DNA from: an uncultured Verrucomicrobiae bacterium
GTDB lineage: Bacteria > Verrucomicrobiota > Verrucomicrobiia > Chthoniobacterales > JAFAMB01
Length of the DNA stretch: 64,000 nt
Assembly (NCBI GenBank): GCA_963762565.1
Contig: CAVXLD010000002.1
Coordinates: forward strand, 1-64,000
Direction: 5' to 3'
The position numbers and the translations under genes are program-made. Under the pieces are notes generated by a model that worked only from the letters and a program-made list of their open reading frames with translations, was not told the DNA's origin and did no database searches. Positions 9,734 through 20,071 of the stretch are shown piece by piece (position 1 is the first letter of the stretch; each line of letters opens with the position of its first letter).

Positions 9734-10336
9734 ATGGCCATACTTGATCGATTCTTCGGACCAACCCGCGATGAAATTTGGGAAAAACTCGCTGATGAAG
9801 TAGGGGGAGACTTCTATGATGGCGGATTTTGGCTCGGCCAAAGTAAGGTAAGAGCCAAGGTGGGAGACTGGATTGTCACCTTAGACACCTACAAAGATCA
9901 CCAAAATGTGACTTATACCCGGCTGCGTGCTCCTTTTGTAAACAAAGACGGCTTCATTTTTACCGTTTTCCGGGTAGGCAGTTTCGAAGATCAACACGCA
10001 GCTGACGACTCGGATGTACAACTCGGCGTCGCGGACTTCGACGACGCGTTTATAGTCAAAAGCAATAATCTCGGACAAGCGAAGAAGTTATTTTCGGTCC
10101 AAAAGATCCGAGACCTGCTGTGCGACCAGCCTAACGTCTTTTTCAACGCCAGTAAACACAGCGGTTGGTATTCGGCTGATTTTCCGGAAGGGGTCGGCGA
10201 ACTGCTATTCCAGGCCCGCGGCGAGATCAAAAACCTTGCCCGATTAAAGCACTTATATGAACTGTTTGGCGAGACGCTCGACCAGCTTTGCCAAATTGGT
10301 TCAGCTACCCATGACAAGACGGGCGTTGTGATCTAA
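9734..10336 (+). CDS. Conserved hypothetical protein (DUF3137-like)
   Basis: 200 aa; FGP..EIW..L, YTRLRAPF, FDDAFIVKSN. Confidence 0.7.
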   Translation: MAILDRFFGPTRDEIWEKLADEVGGDFYDGGFWLGQSKVRAKVGDWIVTLDTYKDHQNVTYTRLRAPFVNKDGFIFTVFRVGSFEDQHAADDSDVQLGVADFDDAFIVKSNNLGQAKKLFSVQKIRDLLCDQPNVFFNASKHSGWYSADFPEGVGELLFQARGEIKNLARLKHLYELFGETLDQLCQIGSATHDKTGVVI

Positions 10337-10392
10337 ACCCAACCAATTTCACCACAGAGACCGTATAGTCTCCCTCCCGTCCCCAGACTAAA

Positions 10393-10923
10393 ATGATACG
10401 CCGTCTTCTTGCGTTTGTGTGCCTCTTGGCCGGGTTCAGCGAACTGGCGCCACAGGCGGGGGCGGCCATTTGGAAATCATCGGAATACTATTGCCAGGTC
10501 AACCTCCCCGACGGCACCTATGTCCACCAGTGGTATGCCATGCTGCCGGCAAACGAAGGCGGTGTCTTGGCTGGAGCACGTCGCCAGGACTACAGCGGAA
10601 TCGTTTATATCGGGGTGGTGGATGAAAACGACAAGCCTCATTTCGTACTCGATGAAAAGAGCGTGGAGCAGCTCGACAAATCGTTCTTCGGTCCCGGGCT
10701 AGGATTTCTCGACAAGACGCAAAAAATCACCCAGCACGGCGTTGAGGGCTTTCGCTTGATTGGAAGGCACCGTTTTAACGGCCGCAACTACGCGATGGTG
10801 GTTGATATGTTTTTTTACCACGGGCTCGTTTATCAGGTCGCCGGCCTAACGACCGCTTTCGATAATCCGTTACAGGACAACGATGTGCGCGGGTTCATGA
10901 ACAGCTTTTATATTCTGCCGTAG
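10393..10923 (+). CDS. Exported hypothetical protein
   Basis: Signal peptide; 176 aa. Confidence 0.75.
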   Translation: MIRRLLAFVCLLAGFSELAPQAGAAIWKSSEYYCQVNLPDGTYVHQWYAMLPANEGGVLAGARRQDYSGIVYIGVVDENDKPHFVLDEKSVEQLDKSFFGPGLGFLDKTQKITQHGVEGFRLIGRHRFNGRNYAMVVDMFFYHGLVYQVAGLTTAFDNPLQDNDVRGFMNSFYILP

Positions 10924-10924
10924 A

Positions 10925-11078
10925 GCCGGGACTCGCCTGAGGCTCGTCCCGGAATAGCAAATAGCAGATAGCAAATAGCAAATCGTCTCCTCACCGAGCG
11001 CTGGGCTCCAGGGGGGCTCCCTTTGCTATGTGCTATTTTCTATTTGCTATTCCGGGCGAGCCTCAGGCGAGTCCCGGC
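10925..11078. repeat. Long inverted repeat with (AATAGCA)n/(TGCTATT)n arms; probable bidirectional terminator
   Basis: ~59 nt nearly perfectly complementary arms between convergent genes. Confidence 0.85.
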
Positions 11079-12118
11079 CGCCCTAACGCAACTTTCACGT
11101 CTTCCACAAACTCCCTTACATCCTCTTCGGTGGTATCCCACGAGCACATCAATCGGGCGGCTCGGTCAGGGCCCACGTCATTATAAAACCGCCAACCTCG
11201 TTCATGGAGCTTGCGGACGGCCTCATCGGGGACTTTGGCAAACACCGCGTTGCCTTCCCTTGGATAAAGGATCTCAACTTGCGGCAGTCCCCGAATTCCC
11301 TGCTCCAGTCGTTCCGCCATCTGGTTGGCATGCCTGGCTCGTTCAAGCCATCGACCGTCCTTGAGGTAACCAAGCCACGGCGCCGACAAGAATCGCATTT
11401 TCGAGGCAAGCTGGCCGCTTTGTTTTAGTCGATATTCGAAGGCAGCAGCCGCGGAGGGGTCAAAGAAAACAATGGCCTCTCCAAAGCCGAGCCCGTTCTT
11501 GGTCCCACCAAAACTCAGGACATCGACTCCCGATCGCCAAGTCAAGTCAGCGGGAGAACAGCCAATCGAGGCGACCGCGTTACCAAACCGGGCTCCATCC
11601 ACATGAACAATTAATCCAAGCCGTTTGGCGGCATCGGCAATCGTCCGGACTTCTTCGGGCCGATAGATCGTGCCCAGTTCGGAAAGGTTGGTCAACGACA
11701 CGGCCCGCGGTAAAGAACCATGCACCGGGCGTTGCGACTTAACGATCTCAATCATCGCATCCGGATCGATCTTGCCATTGGGTCCGCTCACCGGGACAGC
11801 TTTAGCGCCAGCTACAAAGTGACCCAAAGCGTTGCATTCATCCGTCTCCAAATGCGAATGCTCGTGGGCAATCACTGCATGATAACTGTGCAGAAAGGCG
11901 CTCAGGGCCAGGCAATTCGCGCTGGTGCCATTTGAGACGAAGAAAACCGCACATTGCTGCTCAAAGATCTCGCTGACCGCTGCTTGGGCACGTTCGGTGT
12001 AATCATCGTGGCCATAGCCAACAACGTGTCCCTGGTTAGCCTCGGTAATAGCCGCTAGCACCTCGGGAGAGATCCCGGCATTATTGTCACTGGCGAAGTG
12101 GCGAGGTCTTTGAGTCAT
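11063..12118 (-). CDS. ltaE: Low-specificity L-threonine aldolase
   Basis: FASDN, YG.D.YT, NGTSAN, HVDGARFGNA, SFGGTKNG (PLP lysine). Confidence 0.92.
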   Translation of the reverse strand: MTQRPRHFASDNNAGISPEVLAAITEANQGHVVGYGHDDYTERAQAAVSEIFEQQCAVFFVSNGTSANCLALSAFLHSYHAVIAHEHSHLETDECNALGHFVAGAKAVPVSGPNGKIDPDAMIEIVKSQRPVHGSLPRAVSLTNLSELGTIYRPEEVRTIADAAKRLGLIVHVDGARFGNAVASIGCSPADLTWRSGVDVLSFGGTKNGLGFGEAIVFFDPSAAAAFEYRLKQSGQLASKMRFLSAPWLGYLKDGRWLERARHANQMAERLEQGIRGLPQVEILYPREGNAVFAKVPDEAVRKLHERGWRFYNDVGPDRAARLMCSWDTTEEDVREFVEDVKVALGRPGLA

Positions 12119-12159
12119 GAGAGTATAGGAGTTCAGGAGTTCGAGGAGTTCAAGCAGTT

Positions 12160-12370
12160 GGTAGGGCGAGGCTCCCGAACGGCCTGAACGGGTTCGCACA
12201 GCGCCAAGATTTTCCGGATTTGAATCGTGAGCAACACCAAGCCGTGTGCCGAGCCGGGGATTGCGCGCGGCCACGGCTCGGCGGGCGTTTCGACATCGCA
12301 AATCGTCCGTTCGGGAAAACGGAATTGCGTAGGGAATCCGTTTCAGGTCTTTCGGGAGCCTCGCCCTACC
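12160..12370. repeat. REP-doublet/MITE-like element, family A copy 1
   Basis: GGTAGGGCGAGGCTCCCGAA ... GCCGAGCCG ... CGGCTCGGC ... TTCGGGAGCCTCGCCCTACC. Confidence 0.9.
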
Positions 12371-12427
12371 TTCCCGAACCAAATCATTTGTGACCTCCTC
12401 GGCCTCATGTACGGTTGTGCAAAATCG

Positions 12428-12886
12428 ATGAAGGTTGAAAACCTCCGCAGTCCCTACGTTAAGACCGGCGGTCTCTATTATTTTGCCCGGATGATCGATA
12501 AGATCCGGCTCAACGCGGCTAACCTTCTGCCTGGCGATTACCAGCAGGTGCTAGGCTTGGGTTTCGATGGGAGAACTTGCCGATTTCTCAGGGTGGATTA
12601 CAACGAATTCACCGAACGCGTTCTCCAAGGAGGAACCGACGAAGAACTTTTGCAATGGTGTTTTACTCGAGGGCGAACACCCACGGATGAGGAAATCTCG
12701 ACGTGGAACGACTGGGTGCGAAAGAAAGGCTGGCGAGATGGGACTTCTGCCCGTTTGAAAGAACGATTAAAAGAAAGCGGATTCGAAGATCGGACCGACA
12801 TTGAAACCATGTTCGATTACCTCGACCTGGATGAAGGTCGCGACCCACGTCACCGTAACAGGGATTACAACGGAGAATACGAATGA
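12428..12886 (+). CDS. DUF5069-like protein
   Basis: LRSPY.K.GGL.YF.RMIDKIRL ... FDYLDLDEGR. Confidence 0.8.
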   Translation: MKVENLRSPYVKTGGLYYFARMIDKIRLNAANLLPGDYQQVLGLGFDGRTCRFLRVDYNEFTERVLQGGTDEELLQWCFTRGRTPTDEEISTWNDWVRKKGWRDGTSARLKERLKESGFEDRTDIETMFDYLDLDEGRDPRHRNRDYNGEYE

Positions 12887-13494
12887 AAGAAGAAATGATT
12901 TTGGTGGTTCGGCGAGCGCTCTTTGATTCGCTCGGCTCATTTCAAGGTTTTTCATCGAACGTGGATCATTATCTTCCATCGCTGCTGGATCGAGAGAACA
13001 ACTTTTTCGCAGCACGTTCCTCAGCGGAAACTGATCCGAGCCTAAAACAAATAATCCCTTACGCGCTGATCGCCGCACGCGGTCAAATCCTTCGGTATCG
13101 GCGCGGCAAAAGCTCGGGCGAACAACGGTTAGTCGCTAAATACTCGATCGGTATCGGCGGCCACATGAACGATCAGGATGAAGGCTTATTCGCGCTTGAT
13201 CACCAAGCGTATCTCGCCGGAGTCCAACGCGAGATTGATGAGGAAGTCCAAATCTCAGCTCCGCGATCACATCGGATCGTCGGCTTGATTAACGACGATT
13301 CGACCGAGGTCGGCCAAGTGCACCTGGGCGTAGTCCACGTCCTAGAGCTGGATGCGCCCGAGGCGGTTAAGCGCGAAAGCGCCATCACACAGGTGGAATT
13401 CTTGCCGCCGGGCCAATTGTCGGCCGAACGCGAGCTGCTAGAGGGTTGGTCCCAGATCTGCCTGGATCATCTGACTGAGATACTGGGGGCGTAG
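12883..13494 (+). CDS. NUDIX-family predicted phosphoesterase
   Basis: AE.DPS.KQIIPY, SIGIGGH.N, REIDEEV, VGQVHLG. Confidence 0.85.
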   Translation: MKEEMILVVRRALFDSLGSFQGFSSNVDHYLPSLLDRENNFFAARSSAETDPSLKQIIPYALIAARGQILRYRRGKSSGEQRLVAKYSIGIGGHMNDQDEGLFALDHQAYLAGVQREIDEEVQISAPRSHRIVGLINDDSTEVGQVHLGVVHVLELDAPEAVKRESAITQVEFLPPGQLSAERELLEGWSQICLDHLTEILGA

Positions 13495-13648
13495 TGGCAC
13501 GCGGAGTAGCAGTCGGTGAGGGGCTCTGCGAAAGGATAGGACTTATGGGACCTATACGACTTATAGGTCCGGTCCTATAAGTCCTATAGGCTATAGGTCC
13601 CATCCGTTCGCAGAGCCCAGCGCGTTCCACCCACGCCCACACGCGCCG

Positions 13649-14428
13649 TCACGTGTCTGCGTGCCACCGAGTGCCAGACAGAAACTGTAAAAGCCGCTCG
13701 CTCCTCGGCCGCTCCAGCACTTCGCCAGGTGGGCCTTCTTCTTCGATTCTACCCTCAGACAAAAACACAACCCGACTTGAGACATGCCGCGCGAAATTAA
13801 TTTCGTGTGTCACGATGATCATGGTCCGGCCTTCGGTTGCTAGCGCCTGGATTACCTTTAGAACTTCGCCGACCAGTTCAGGGTCTAGGGCAGAGGTCGG
13901 TTCATCGAATAACATGACTTCGGGGTCCATGGTGAGCGCTCTGGCAATGGCAACTCGCTGTTGTTGGCCACCTGAAAGTTGGGCGGGATATTTGTTCTCC
14001 ACCGCGTCGCTCAGACCAACCTTGGCCAAGTTCGCGCGGGCTTTCGCTATTGCGTCCGGTTTCGGTACTTTTTTTACATGTATCGGCGCCTCGATAATGT
14101 TCTGCAATACGTTCAGGTGCGACCAAAGATTAAAACTTTGAAACACCATCGCCACTTTGGTTCGCAGTTGTTGCAAAGCTCGTGGGTTTTCCGCCCTTAA
14201 CATTCCGTGTTTACCCGGGCGAAGTTTAATCTCCTGATCATCTAACCAGATCTTTCCTTGGTTCGGTTGTTCCAACAGATTGATGCAGCGCAGGAAGGTA
14301 CTTTTGCCGGAGCCGCTCGAGCCCAGAATGCTGATCACCTCTCCCGGGCGTGCAGCCAAGCTAACTCCTTTCAACACCTCGGTTGCGCCATAGCGTTTAT
14401 GAATATTTTCAGCCGCCAGTTTGTTCAT
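13649..14428 (-). CDS. hisP: His/Lys/Arg/Orn ABC transporter ATPase
   Basis: [41 protein letters not shown]. Confidence 0.9.
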   Translation of the reverse strand: MNKLAAENIHKRYGATEVLKGVSLAARPGEVISILGSSGSGKSTFLRCINLLEQPNQGKIWLDDQEIKLRPGKHGMLRAENPRALQQLRTKVAMVFQSFNLWSHLNVLQNIIEAPIHVKKVPKPDAIAKARANLAKVGLSDAVENKYPAQLSGGQQQRVAIARALTMDPEVMLFDEPTSALDPELVGEVLKVIQALATEGRTMIIVTHEINFARHVSSRVVFLSEGRIEEEGPPGEVLERPRSERLLQFLSGTRWHADT

Positions 14429-14449
14429 GAACCGGGAATCACTTGAACC

Positions 14450-15157
14450 TCAGGTCGTCGAGAGATGTCTTAGCCATTTCCGTTCCGCTTTTCGGAACAA
14501 CGAAATAATAGTCAGCGATAAACAAGCATAAAGAATCGCAGCAATACCAAAGGCTGGGAAGGGCAGGTAATAATCGGCGTTGGCGTCTCGAGCAACCTTC
14601 AGAATATCCGGAACCGTCGCGGTAGAAGCCAGAGTGGTGGCATGGAGCATCAGAAGAACTTCGTTACTATAGGCCGGTAAAGCCCGGCGCAAAGCAGACG
14701 GCAAAACAATCCGAAGGTATAGACTTATCCCGACGAACCCGAGAGAGCGAGCTGCTTCCATTTCACCGCGAGGCGTCGCTTTCACCGCTCCAGCAAGTAG
14801 TTCGGTCGTGTACGCACATGTGTTTACGGTGAAGGCGAGAATCGTGCAGTTTAGCGCATCTTTAAAGAACGGGCCGAGACCCGGCGTATTCCTAACAAAA
14901 TCGAGCCCATAAAGAGCGGAATAGATGATCAATAACTGCACGTAAAGCGGTGTCCCGCGAAACACGAACGTAAAGACCCAAATAGGCCAACGCATCCAGG
15001 AAGGACCGGCCGCTTTGACGACGGATAAGGGCAAGGAGAGTATGAACCCCATCACACAGGACGCGACCGTTAACCATAAGGTCATCGCCAAACCAGAAAT
15101 ATGGTTCGGCGAACCCCACAGGAACGGCTGCCAATATTGTTTGATTAGGTCAATCAT
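14450..15157 (-). CDS. hisM: Polar amino acid ABC permease
   Basis: FRGTPLYVQL, EAA loop, LPAYSNEV.LMLHAT. Confidence 0.85.
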   Translation of the reverse strand: MIDLIKQYWQPFLWGSPNHISGLAMTLWLTVASCVMGFILSLPLSVVKAAGPSWMRWPIWVFTFVFRGTPLYVQLLIIYSALYGLDFVRNTPGLGPFFKDALNCTILAFTVNTCAYTTELLAGAVKATPRGEMEAARSLGFVGISLYLRIVLPSALRRALPAYSNEVLLMLHATTLASTATVPDILKVARDANADYYLPFPAFGIAAILYACLSLTIISLFRKAERKWLRHLSTT

Positions 15158-15852
15158 CCAGCCATTCGCTCGAAGCCAGCAGCATACCGCTTTTCGAGAT
15201 AGGCAAACACAAAGTTAGAAACGGTTGTCAACAGCAGATAGAGCAAGGCGACTATCGATAGATAAAAAAGGACGTGCGCACCTCCCGGCCAACTTGAGCC
15301 CTTGATGGCCGCCTCGGCAGCATAAATCACTTCGTGAAGATTGATAATCGAGACCAGTGCAGTGGCTTTGAGGATCACTTGCCAATTGTTACTGATACCA
15401 GGCAACGCAAACCGCATCATCTGCGGAAATAAGATTCGGGAAAAGATCTGCCACGCCGTCAAACCAAACGCTGCGGCAGCTTCCAATTGGCCACGGGGAA
15501 CTGCTTTCACCGCGCCCCTGATCGTCTCAGTAAAGTAAGCGCCGTAAATAAAGCCTAGTACAGAGACACCGGCGAGGAACGGATCGATATCAATCTGTGG
15601 TTGGCCCAATAGGTCGGTGATTGCGTTTACCCAGTTTTGAACGCTGTAATACAGGAGGAGCATGAGCACCAGATCCGGAACGGCGCGGATCAAGGTGGTA
15701 TATGCAGATCCAGCGATGGCCAACCAAGGATTCGACGAGAGCTTGGCAGCTGCGCCGAGCAGCCCGAGAACGAAAGCAATCAAAAGGGAAACAGCCGCCA
15801 GTTCAATGGTGACCACCGTTCCCGCCAGAAGCTGTTGCAAATATCCGCTCAC
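15154..15852 (-). CDS. hisQ: Polar amino acid ABC permease
   Basis: YTTLIRAVPDLVLMLL, RFALPG..NNWQV.LKATALVS. Confidence 0.85.
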   Translation of the reverse strand: MSGYLQQLLAGTVVTIELAAVSLLIAFVLGLLGAAAKLSSNPWLAIAGSAYTTLIRAVPDLVLMLLLYYSVQNWVNAITDLLGQPQIDIDPFLAGVSVLGFIYGAYFTETIRGAVKAVPRGQLEAAAAFGLTAWQIFSRILFPQMMRFALPGISNNWQVILKATALVSIINLHEVIYAAEAAIKGSSWPGGAHVLFYLSIVALLYLLLTTVSNFVFAYLEKRYAAGFERMAG

Positions 15853-15856
15853 GGGA

Positions 15857-16094
15857 TCCGTTTGGCGTTTGGCGTTCGGCGTTTGGCGTTTGGCGTTCGG
15901 CGTTCGGCGTTTGGCGTTCGGCGTTCGGCGTTTGGCGTTCGACCTGGCGCTGTCTCCCGGCCGCTTAAGGAATAGCGGTCTTTGGAAAGTGGATGAACGC
16001 CACTCTTCGACGAAAGAAGTCCGGACTCCGGATAGCTCGATGTGGCACTAGAAACGCCCAAACGCCGAACGCCAAACGCCAAACGCCAAACGGA
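15857..16094. repeat. Inverted heptamer arrays (GGCGTTY)n ... (RAACGCC)n
   Basis: ~11 units at 15860-15940 and ~5 inverted units at 16052-16092. Confidence 0.9.
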
Positions 16095-16095
16095 A

Positions 16096-16878
16096 CTATT
16101 TTGGGGCAACATCAAAATCGAAGTACTTTTTCTCTAGCTCCTGATACGTCCCGTCTTGGTGGATCGCTTTCAGCGCTTGATTTAATGCAGCTTTCAAATC
16201 TTGATCGGATTTGCGCAAGCCAATGGCTGAACCCTTCCCCAGGATTTCGTCGTCAACTACGTCAGGCCCCGCGAAAGCAAAACCCTCACCCTGCGGACTC
16301 TTCAGAAAACCCTGTTGCGCCTGGATTTCATCTTGGAGCGCAGAGTCGAGTCTGCCCGATCTGAGGTCAGCGTAGACTTGGTCCTGGTTCTGATAAGAGA
16401 CAATGGTCACGCCCTTTGGCTCCCAATAAGTCTTAGCGTACGTTTCCTGGACGGTTCCCTGCTCGACTCCAACTGACTTTCCCTTAAGCGACTCGGGAGT
16501 CGGCAAAAGAGTGGATCCGGTTTTCGCCACCATTCTGGTTGGTGTGGCAAAAAGCATATCGGTGAAATCGATCTGCCTTTTTCTTTTCTCGGTCTCCGCT
16601 AAGGACGAAAGAATCCCGTCGATCTTGCGGGCTTGCAGGGCCGGTATCATGCCATCGAAATCATTCTCTACCCAGACGGCCTTAGCGCCCATCTTTGCGC
16701 AAAGAGCGTTGCCCAGATCGATATCGAACCCGACTAATTCGCCGCTCGGCGCTTTTGATTCAAATGGGGCGTAGCTGGGATCTACGCCGAACCGAACGGT
16801 TTTCCAGTCTTTTGCCGGGGAGAGCGAACACAAAAAAACAAGCAGTGGGAGGATCCAAAGGAAACGGTTTTTCATCAA
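16096..16878 (-). CDS. Basic amino acid ABC substrate-binding protein (HisJ/ArgT type)
   Basis: Signal peptide; YAPFE, GFDIDL, FDGMIPAL, VGVEQGT.QE. Confidence 0.9.
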   Translation of the reverse strand: MMKNRFLWILPLLVFLCSLSPAKDWKTVRFGVDPSYAPFESKAPSGELVGFDIDLGNALCAKMGAKAVWVENDFDGMIPALQARKIDGILSSLAETEKRKRQIDFTDMLFATPTRMVAKTGSTLLPTPESLKGKSVGVEQGTVQETYAKTYWEPKGVTIVSYQNQDQVYADLRSGRLDSALQDEIQAQQGFLKSPQGEGFAFAGPDVVDDEILGKGSAIGLRKSDQDLKAALNQALKAIHQDGTYQELEKKYFDFDVAPK

Positions 16879-16943
16879 ATCTGCCGGAAAACGGCAACGC
16901 CGAACTATTTCTACCTAGGAGCGGAACTGCAAGGAGAATAAGG

Positions 16944-17048
16944 AGAATGACAAATGACGGATGACAGATGACAAATTGTCGCCTTTCGTCGCTGTATAGC
17001 TCCCCCGAGCTCCCAATCTGTCATTTGTCATCTGTAATCTGTCATTCT
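16944..17048. repeat. Inverted heptamer arrays (ATGACAR)n ... (YTGTCAT)n
   Basis: Four units per arm, complementary. Confidence 0.85.
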
Positions 17049-17198
17049 AATGCCCCACCCATAGCGGCGACCGGCCCCTATTACGCCCGCGGTCCGGATC
17101 AGGGTGAATCCCTGAATCATAAATTTGCCAGAATTTCTCTAAGTGTCCGTCCTAAGTGCGGCGGTCTCATTCGTCGAAGGTTTGAACTCGAGAATAAT

Positions 17199-17984
17199 AT
17201 GCAAAACAACGAAATTGTATCGCCGGACAGATGGATTCTTGCGCGTCAGCAGCTCCTGCTCAAAGAGAAGGCGTTTAGTCGGCTACGTGATGAACTGAGA
17301 GCCGAGCGGCAGAGACTCCCCTGGGTGCGAGTGAGGAAGGAGTACATTTTTGACGGGCCAGAAAGAAAGTTGACCTTGTCAGACCTGTTTCAAGGACGCA
17401 GTCAACTTTACATCAAGCACTTCATGATGGCCCCGGGGGTGCAACACCAGTGTGTGGGATGCTCGCTCGAAGTCGATCACATGGATGGGATTCTTCCGCA
17501 TCTTGAGAATCATGATGTCAGTTACGCTGTGGTCGCCCGCGCGCCAATCGAGGAGATCGAAATCGTCCGGAAGCGAATGGATTGGAAGGCCCTCTGGGTC
17601 TCCTCGTTCGCCAACGATTTCAACTTTGACTTCAACGTTTCGTTCAAACCAGAGGACGTCCTCGCCGGCCGAGCCCAGTACAATTTTCAACCCGCGCCCG
17701 AATGGACAATTGACGTTGAAGACCTGTCTGGCCGAAGCGTTTTTTACAGGAATGAAGCGAGCGAAATCTTTCACACCTACTCGGCTTACGCTCGCGGAGG
17801 AGAAGAAGTCCTTGGAATCTATGGCATTCTCGACGCGATGCCTAAGGGCCGTAACGAAACCGGTCCCTACCATTCACTGCCCGATTGGGCGCGGCCGCAC
17901 GATATGTATGGCAAGGGAGGCGAGGTCCAAGGCTGTGGCCGCTATCATCCGCCGGGCTGCGGCTGTGCCGCGCATGGCAACTAG
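17199..17984 (+). CDS. DUF899 thioredoxin-like protein
   Basis: R.RLPWV, L.DLF.GRSQL, CVGCS, FHTYS.YARG. Confidence 0.88.
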   Translation: MQNNEIVSPDRWILARQQLLLKEKAFSRLRDELRAERQRLPWVRVRKEYIFDGPERKLTLSDLFQGRSQLYIKHFMMAPGVQHQCVGCSLEVDHMDGILPHLENHDVSYAVVARAPIEEIEIVRKRMDWKALWVSSFANDFNFDFNVSFKPEDVLAGRAQYNFQPAPEWTIDVEDLSGRSVFYRNEASEIFHTYSAYARGGEEVLGIYGILDAMPKGRNETGPYHSLPDWARPHDMYGKGGEVQGCGRYHPPGCGCAAHGN

Positions 17985-18059
17985 ACAACGATTACGAAGC
18001 GCCACATCCATGGCGCCGCGCCCTCCTAGCTCCTAGATTCTAGCTCCTGGCTCCTGGCC

Positions 18060-18980
18060 TCACTTCACCACATCTTTCCGATAGGGCATTCCATCCTGTG
18101 CGCCTGGTCGCGTCGTCTTCAAGGACGCGGCCACGGTCGCACGCCGCACGGTATCCTCGAGGCTCAGCCCTTCAGCGATACCAACTCCAAGCCAGCCAAC
18201 AAAACAGTCGCCCGCTCCAGTGGTATCCACGGGTACAACCTTAGTCGCGGGCACCGAGCCATGTTTTCCGTCCGAAAAGCTGACATAAGTCGCGCCTTCC
18301 GCTCCCAGGGTGACGACCACCACTCGGCAGCCCTGCGTCTGAAACCAAGCCGTGGCTGCGTCGATATCTTCGATGCCACTCAGAGTGCGCACCTCGTGCT
18401 CGTTAACGATCAAGATCTCCACGCTCTCATAGATTACCTTCGACAAGGGTCGGGTCGGCGCCGGATTCAAGACCAAAGGCTTGCCCACTTCTTTGCAGAT
18501 CCGGCAAACGGCCTCGACCGCTTCGTCCCGGATCTCCAACTGAGAGATCACAACATCCGCAGCTTCAAACACACCGCGGGCGCTAGAAATCATCGCTGAG
18601 TCGACCGCTTCGTTCGCAGATTTCGCGACGGCGATCAGGTTGTCCCGAGTAACTCCATCAACTAAAATCAGCGCCACGCCGCTAGGCGTGCCCTCCACAC
18701 ACTTGAAGTAGTCCAGCCGGATCCCCTCTTTAGAAAGACGTTCGCGAGAGGCGGCGCCAAAAGTGTCGTCTCCGTAGGCTCCAAGGAAGGTTACGTCTCC
18801 ACCCGCCCGGGCGGCAGCCACCGCCTGGTTCGCCCCCTTGCCGCCACCAAACATTTTGAACTCCCCACCCAACACGGTCTCTCCGGGTTTCGGTAAGCGC
18901 TCACAGAACACGACCAAATCAGTGTTAGAGGAACCAACGACCAGGACGCGAGGTTTGTGAGATCCGGTGGGAGTGGCCAT
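18060..18980 (-). CDS. rbsK: Ribokinase
   Basis: VVGSSN.DLV, GGKGANQAVAAAR, DTTGAGDCF. Confidence 0.93.
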   Translation of the reverse strand: MATPTGSHKPRVLVVGSSNTDLVVFCERLPKPGETVLGGEFKMFGGGKGANQAVAAARAGGDVTFLGAYGDDTFGAASRERLSKEGIRLDYFKCVEGTPSGVALILVDGVTRDNLIAVAKSANEAVDSAMISSARGVFEAADVVISQLEIRDEAVEAVCRICKEVGKPLVLNPAPTRPLSKVIYESVEILIVNEHEVRTLSGIEDIDAATAWFQTQGCRVVVVTLGAEGATYVSFSDGKHGSVPATKVVPVDTTGAGDCFVGWLGVGIAEGLSLEDTVRRATVAASLKTTRPGAQDGMPYRKDVVK

Positions 18981-19045
18981 GGTTAGGCATACAGAAGCCG
19001 TTTATAGCGGATTCTCCAGCAAATGATTGGGTAAGAATGATCTAC

Positions 19046-19308
19046 CACGAAGCGGTTAAACACCATAGCCCAGGGCTTTAGCCCTGGGTTCTTCGGCCCC
19101 TGAAAGTGTCTCCAACCTCGCGGCCTCGCAGGGTGCAAATCGGGGAGGGCGCGCTGCCTGTCCGACATAGCCTGACGCATCCAATCGATTTTTCACCGAG
19201 CGTGGCGACGTCGGATCCTCGCGCGCCGCGGGAAGCGTCCCACAACCCAAGGGCGTCTTTTTATCCGAATCACAACATGTCCTCGGCTTCGGTCATAGCG
19301 GATCGCGA
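19046..19308. repeat. Composite REP element, family C copy 1, preceded by a CCCAGGGCTTTAGCCCTGGG hairpin
   Basis: Shares blocks with 31411-31782 and 49736-50080. Confidence 0.85.
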
Positions 19309-19344
19309 TTTTTTACGTTTTCCAAGCAACACAAAACGGTAAAC

Positions 19345-20052
19345 ATGGACGGATCGCGTGCGGTCCTCCAAAATATGCCCTGTACTACCGCCAAAGAACT
19401 CGTTGTTCAGATAGAGAATCAAGCCGCATTGGCGAAATCATCCACCGTCCCGGTGCTACGGGCGATACGAAAACGGGTTTCGGGGCAGATCACCGGCCTC
19501 GACCGCTCGGTCATTATTGAAGGTGCCCTCACTCTGATCACCAACGGACGAGTTCACCGATTCGTCCCCTACGAACTCGTTCAATATCATCCCGCGACCA
19601 TGGAGAAGATCACTTGGCCAGAAATCGAACAGCTCGCGGACGGCATCGCCAGTTGGAGTGAAGTTGACTCGTTCGGATGTTCTATTTCCGGACCCGCGTG
19701 GGCGGGAGAACGCATCAACGATTCCAAAATAAAGACCTGGGCAAGGTCACCTAATCGCTGGTTGCGCCGGGCGGCGTTAGTCAGCACCCTCGCACTGAAC
19801 GGACAGCCCCCTGCTGAGGAGTCCACCGGACGCACTCTGGAGATTTGCCGGATGCTCGTCGGTGATCGTGATGACATGATCGTCAAGGCGTTGTCCTGGG
19901 CTCTGCGCCGGCTCGGCACGAAGGACCCTATAGCGGCCCGGAATTTCGTCGACCAACATAGGGCAAAACTAGCCAGCCGCATCGTGCGCGAAGTGAACCG
20001 AAAGCTCGAGACCGGCAGAAAAGACGGCCGGCGGAGGGCTAGTGAGAAGTGA
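19345..20052 (+). CDS. DNA alkylation repair protein (AlkD-like)
   Basis: SWSEVD, W.RS.NRW.RRAALV, DRDDMIVKALSWALR. Confidence 0.85.
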   Translation: MDGSRAVLQNMPCTTAKELVVQIENQAALAKSSTVPVLRAIRKRVSGQITGLDRSVIIEGALTLITNGRVHRFVPYELVQYHPATMEKITWPEIEQLADGIASWSEVDSFGCSISGPAWAGERINDSKIKTWARSPNRWLRRAALVSTLALNGQPPAEESTGRTLEICRMLVGDRDDMIVKALSWALRRLGTKDPIAARNFVDQHRAKLASRIVREVNRKLETGRKDGRRRASEK

Positions 20053-20071
20053 TTGGTGGGGTGAGAGGTGA

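Noticed and set aside
15860..15940. CRISPR array or repeat-protein ORFs (RLAFGV/TPNA)
   Set aside because: Spacer-less 7-mer tandem; the ORFs are translation by-products; no cas genes in the window
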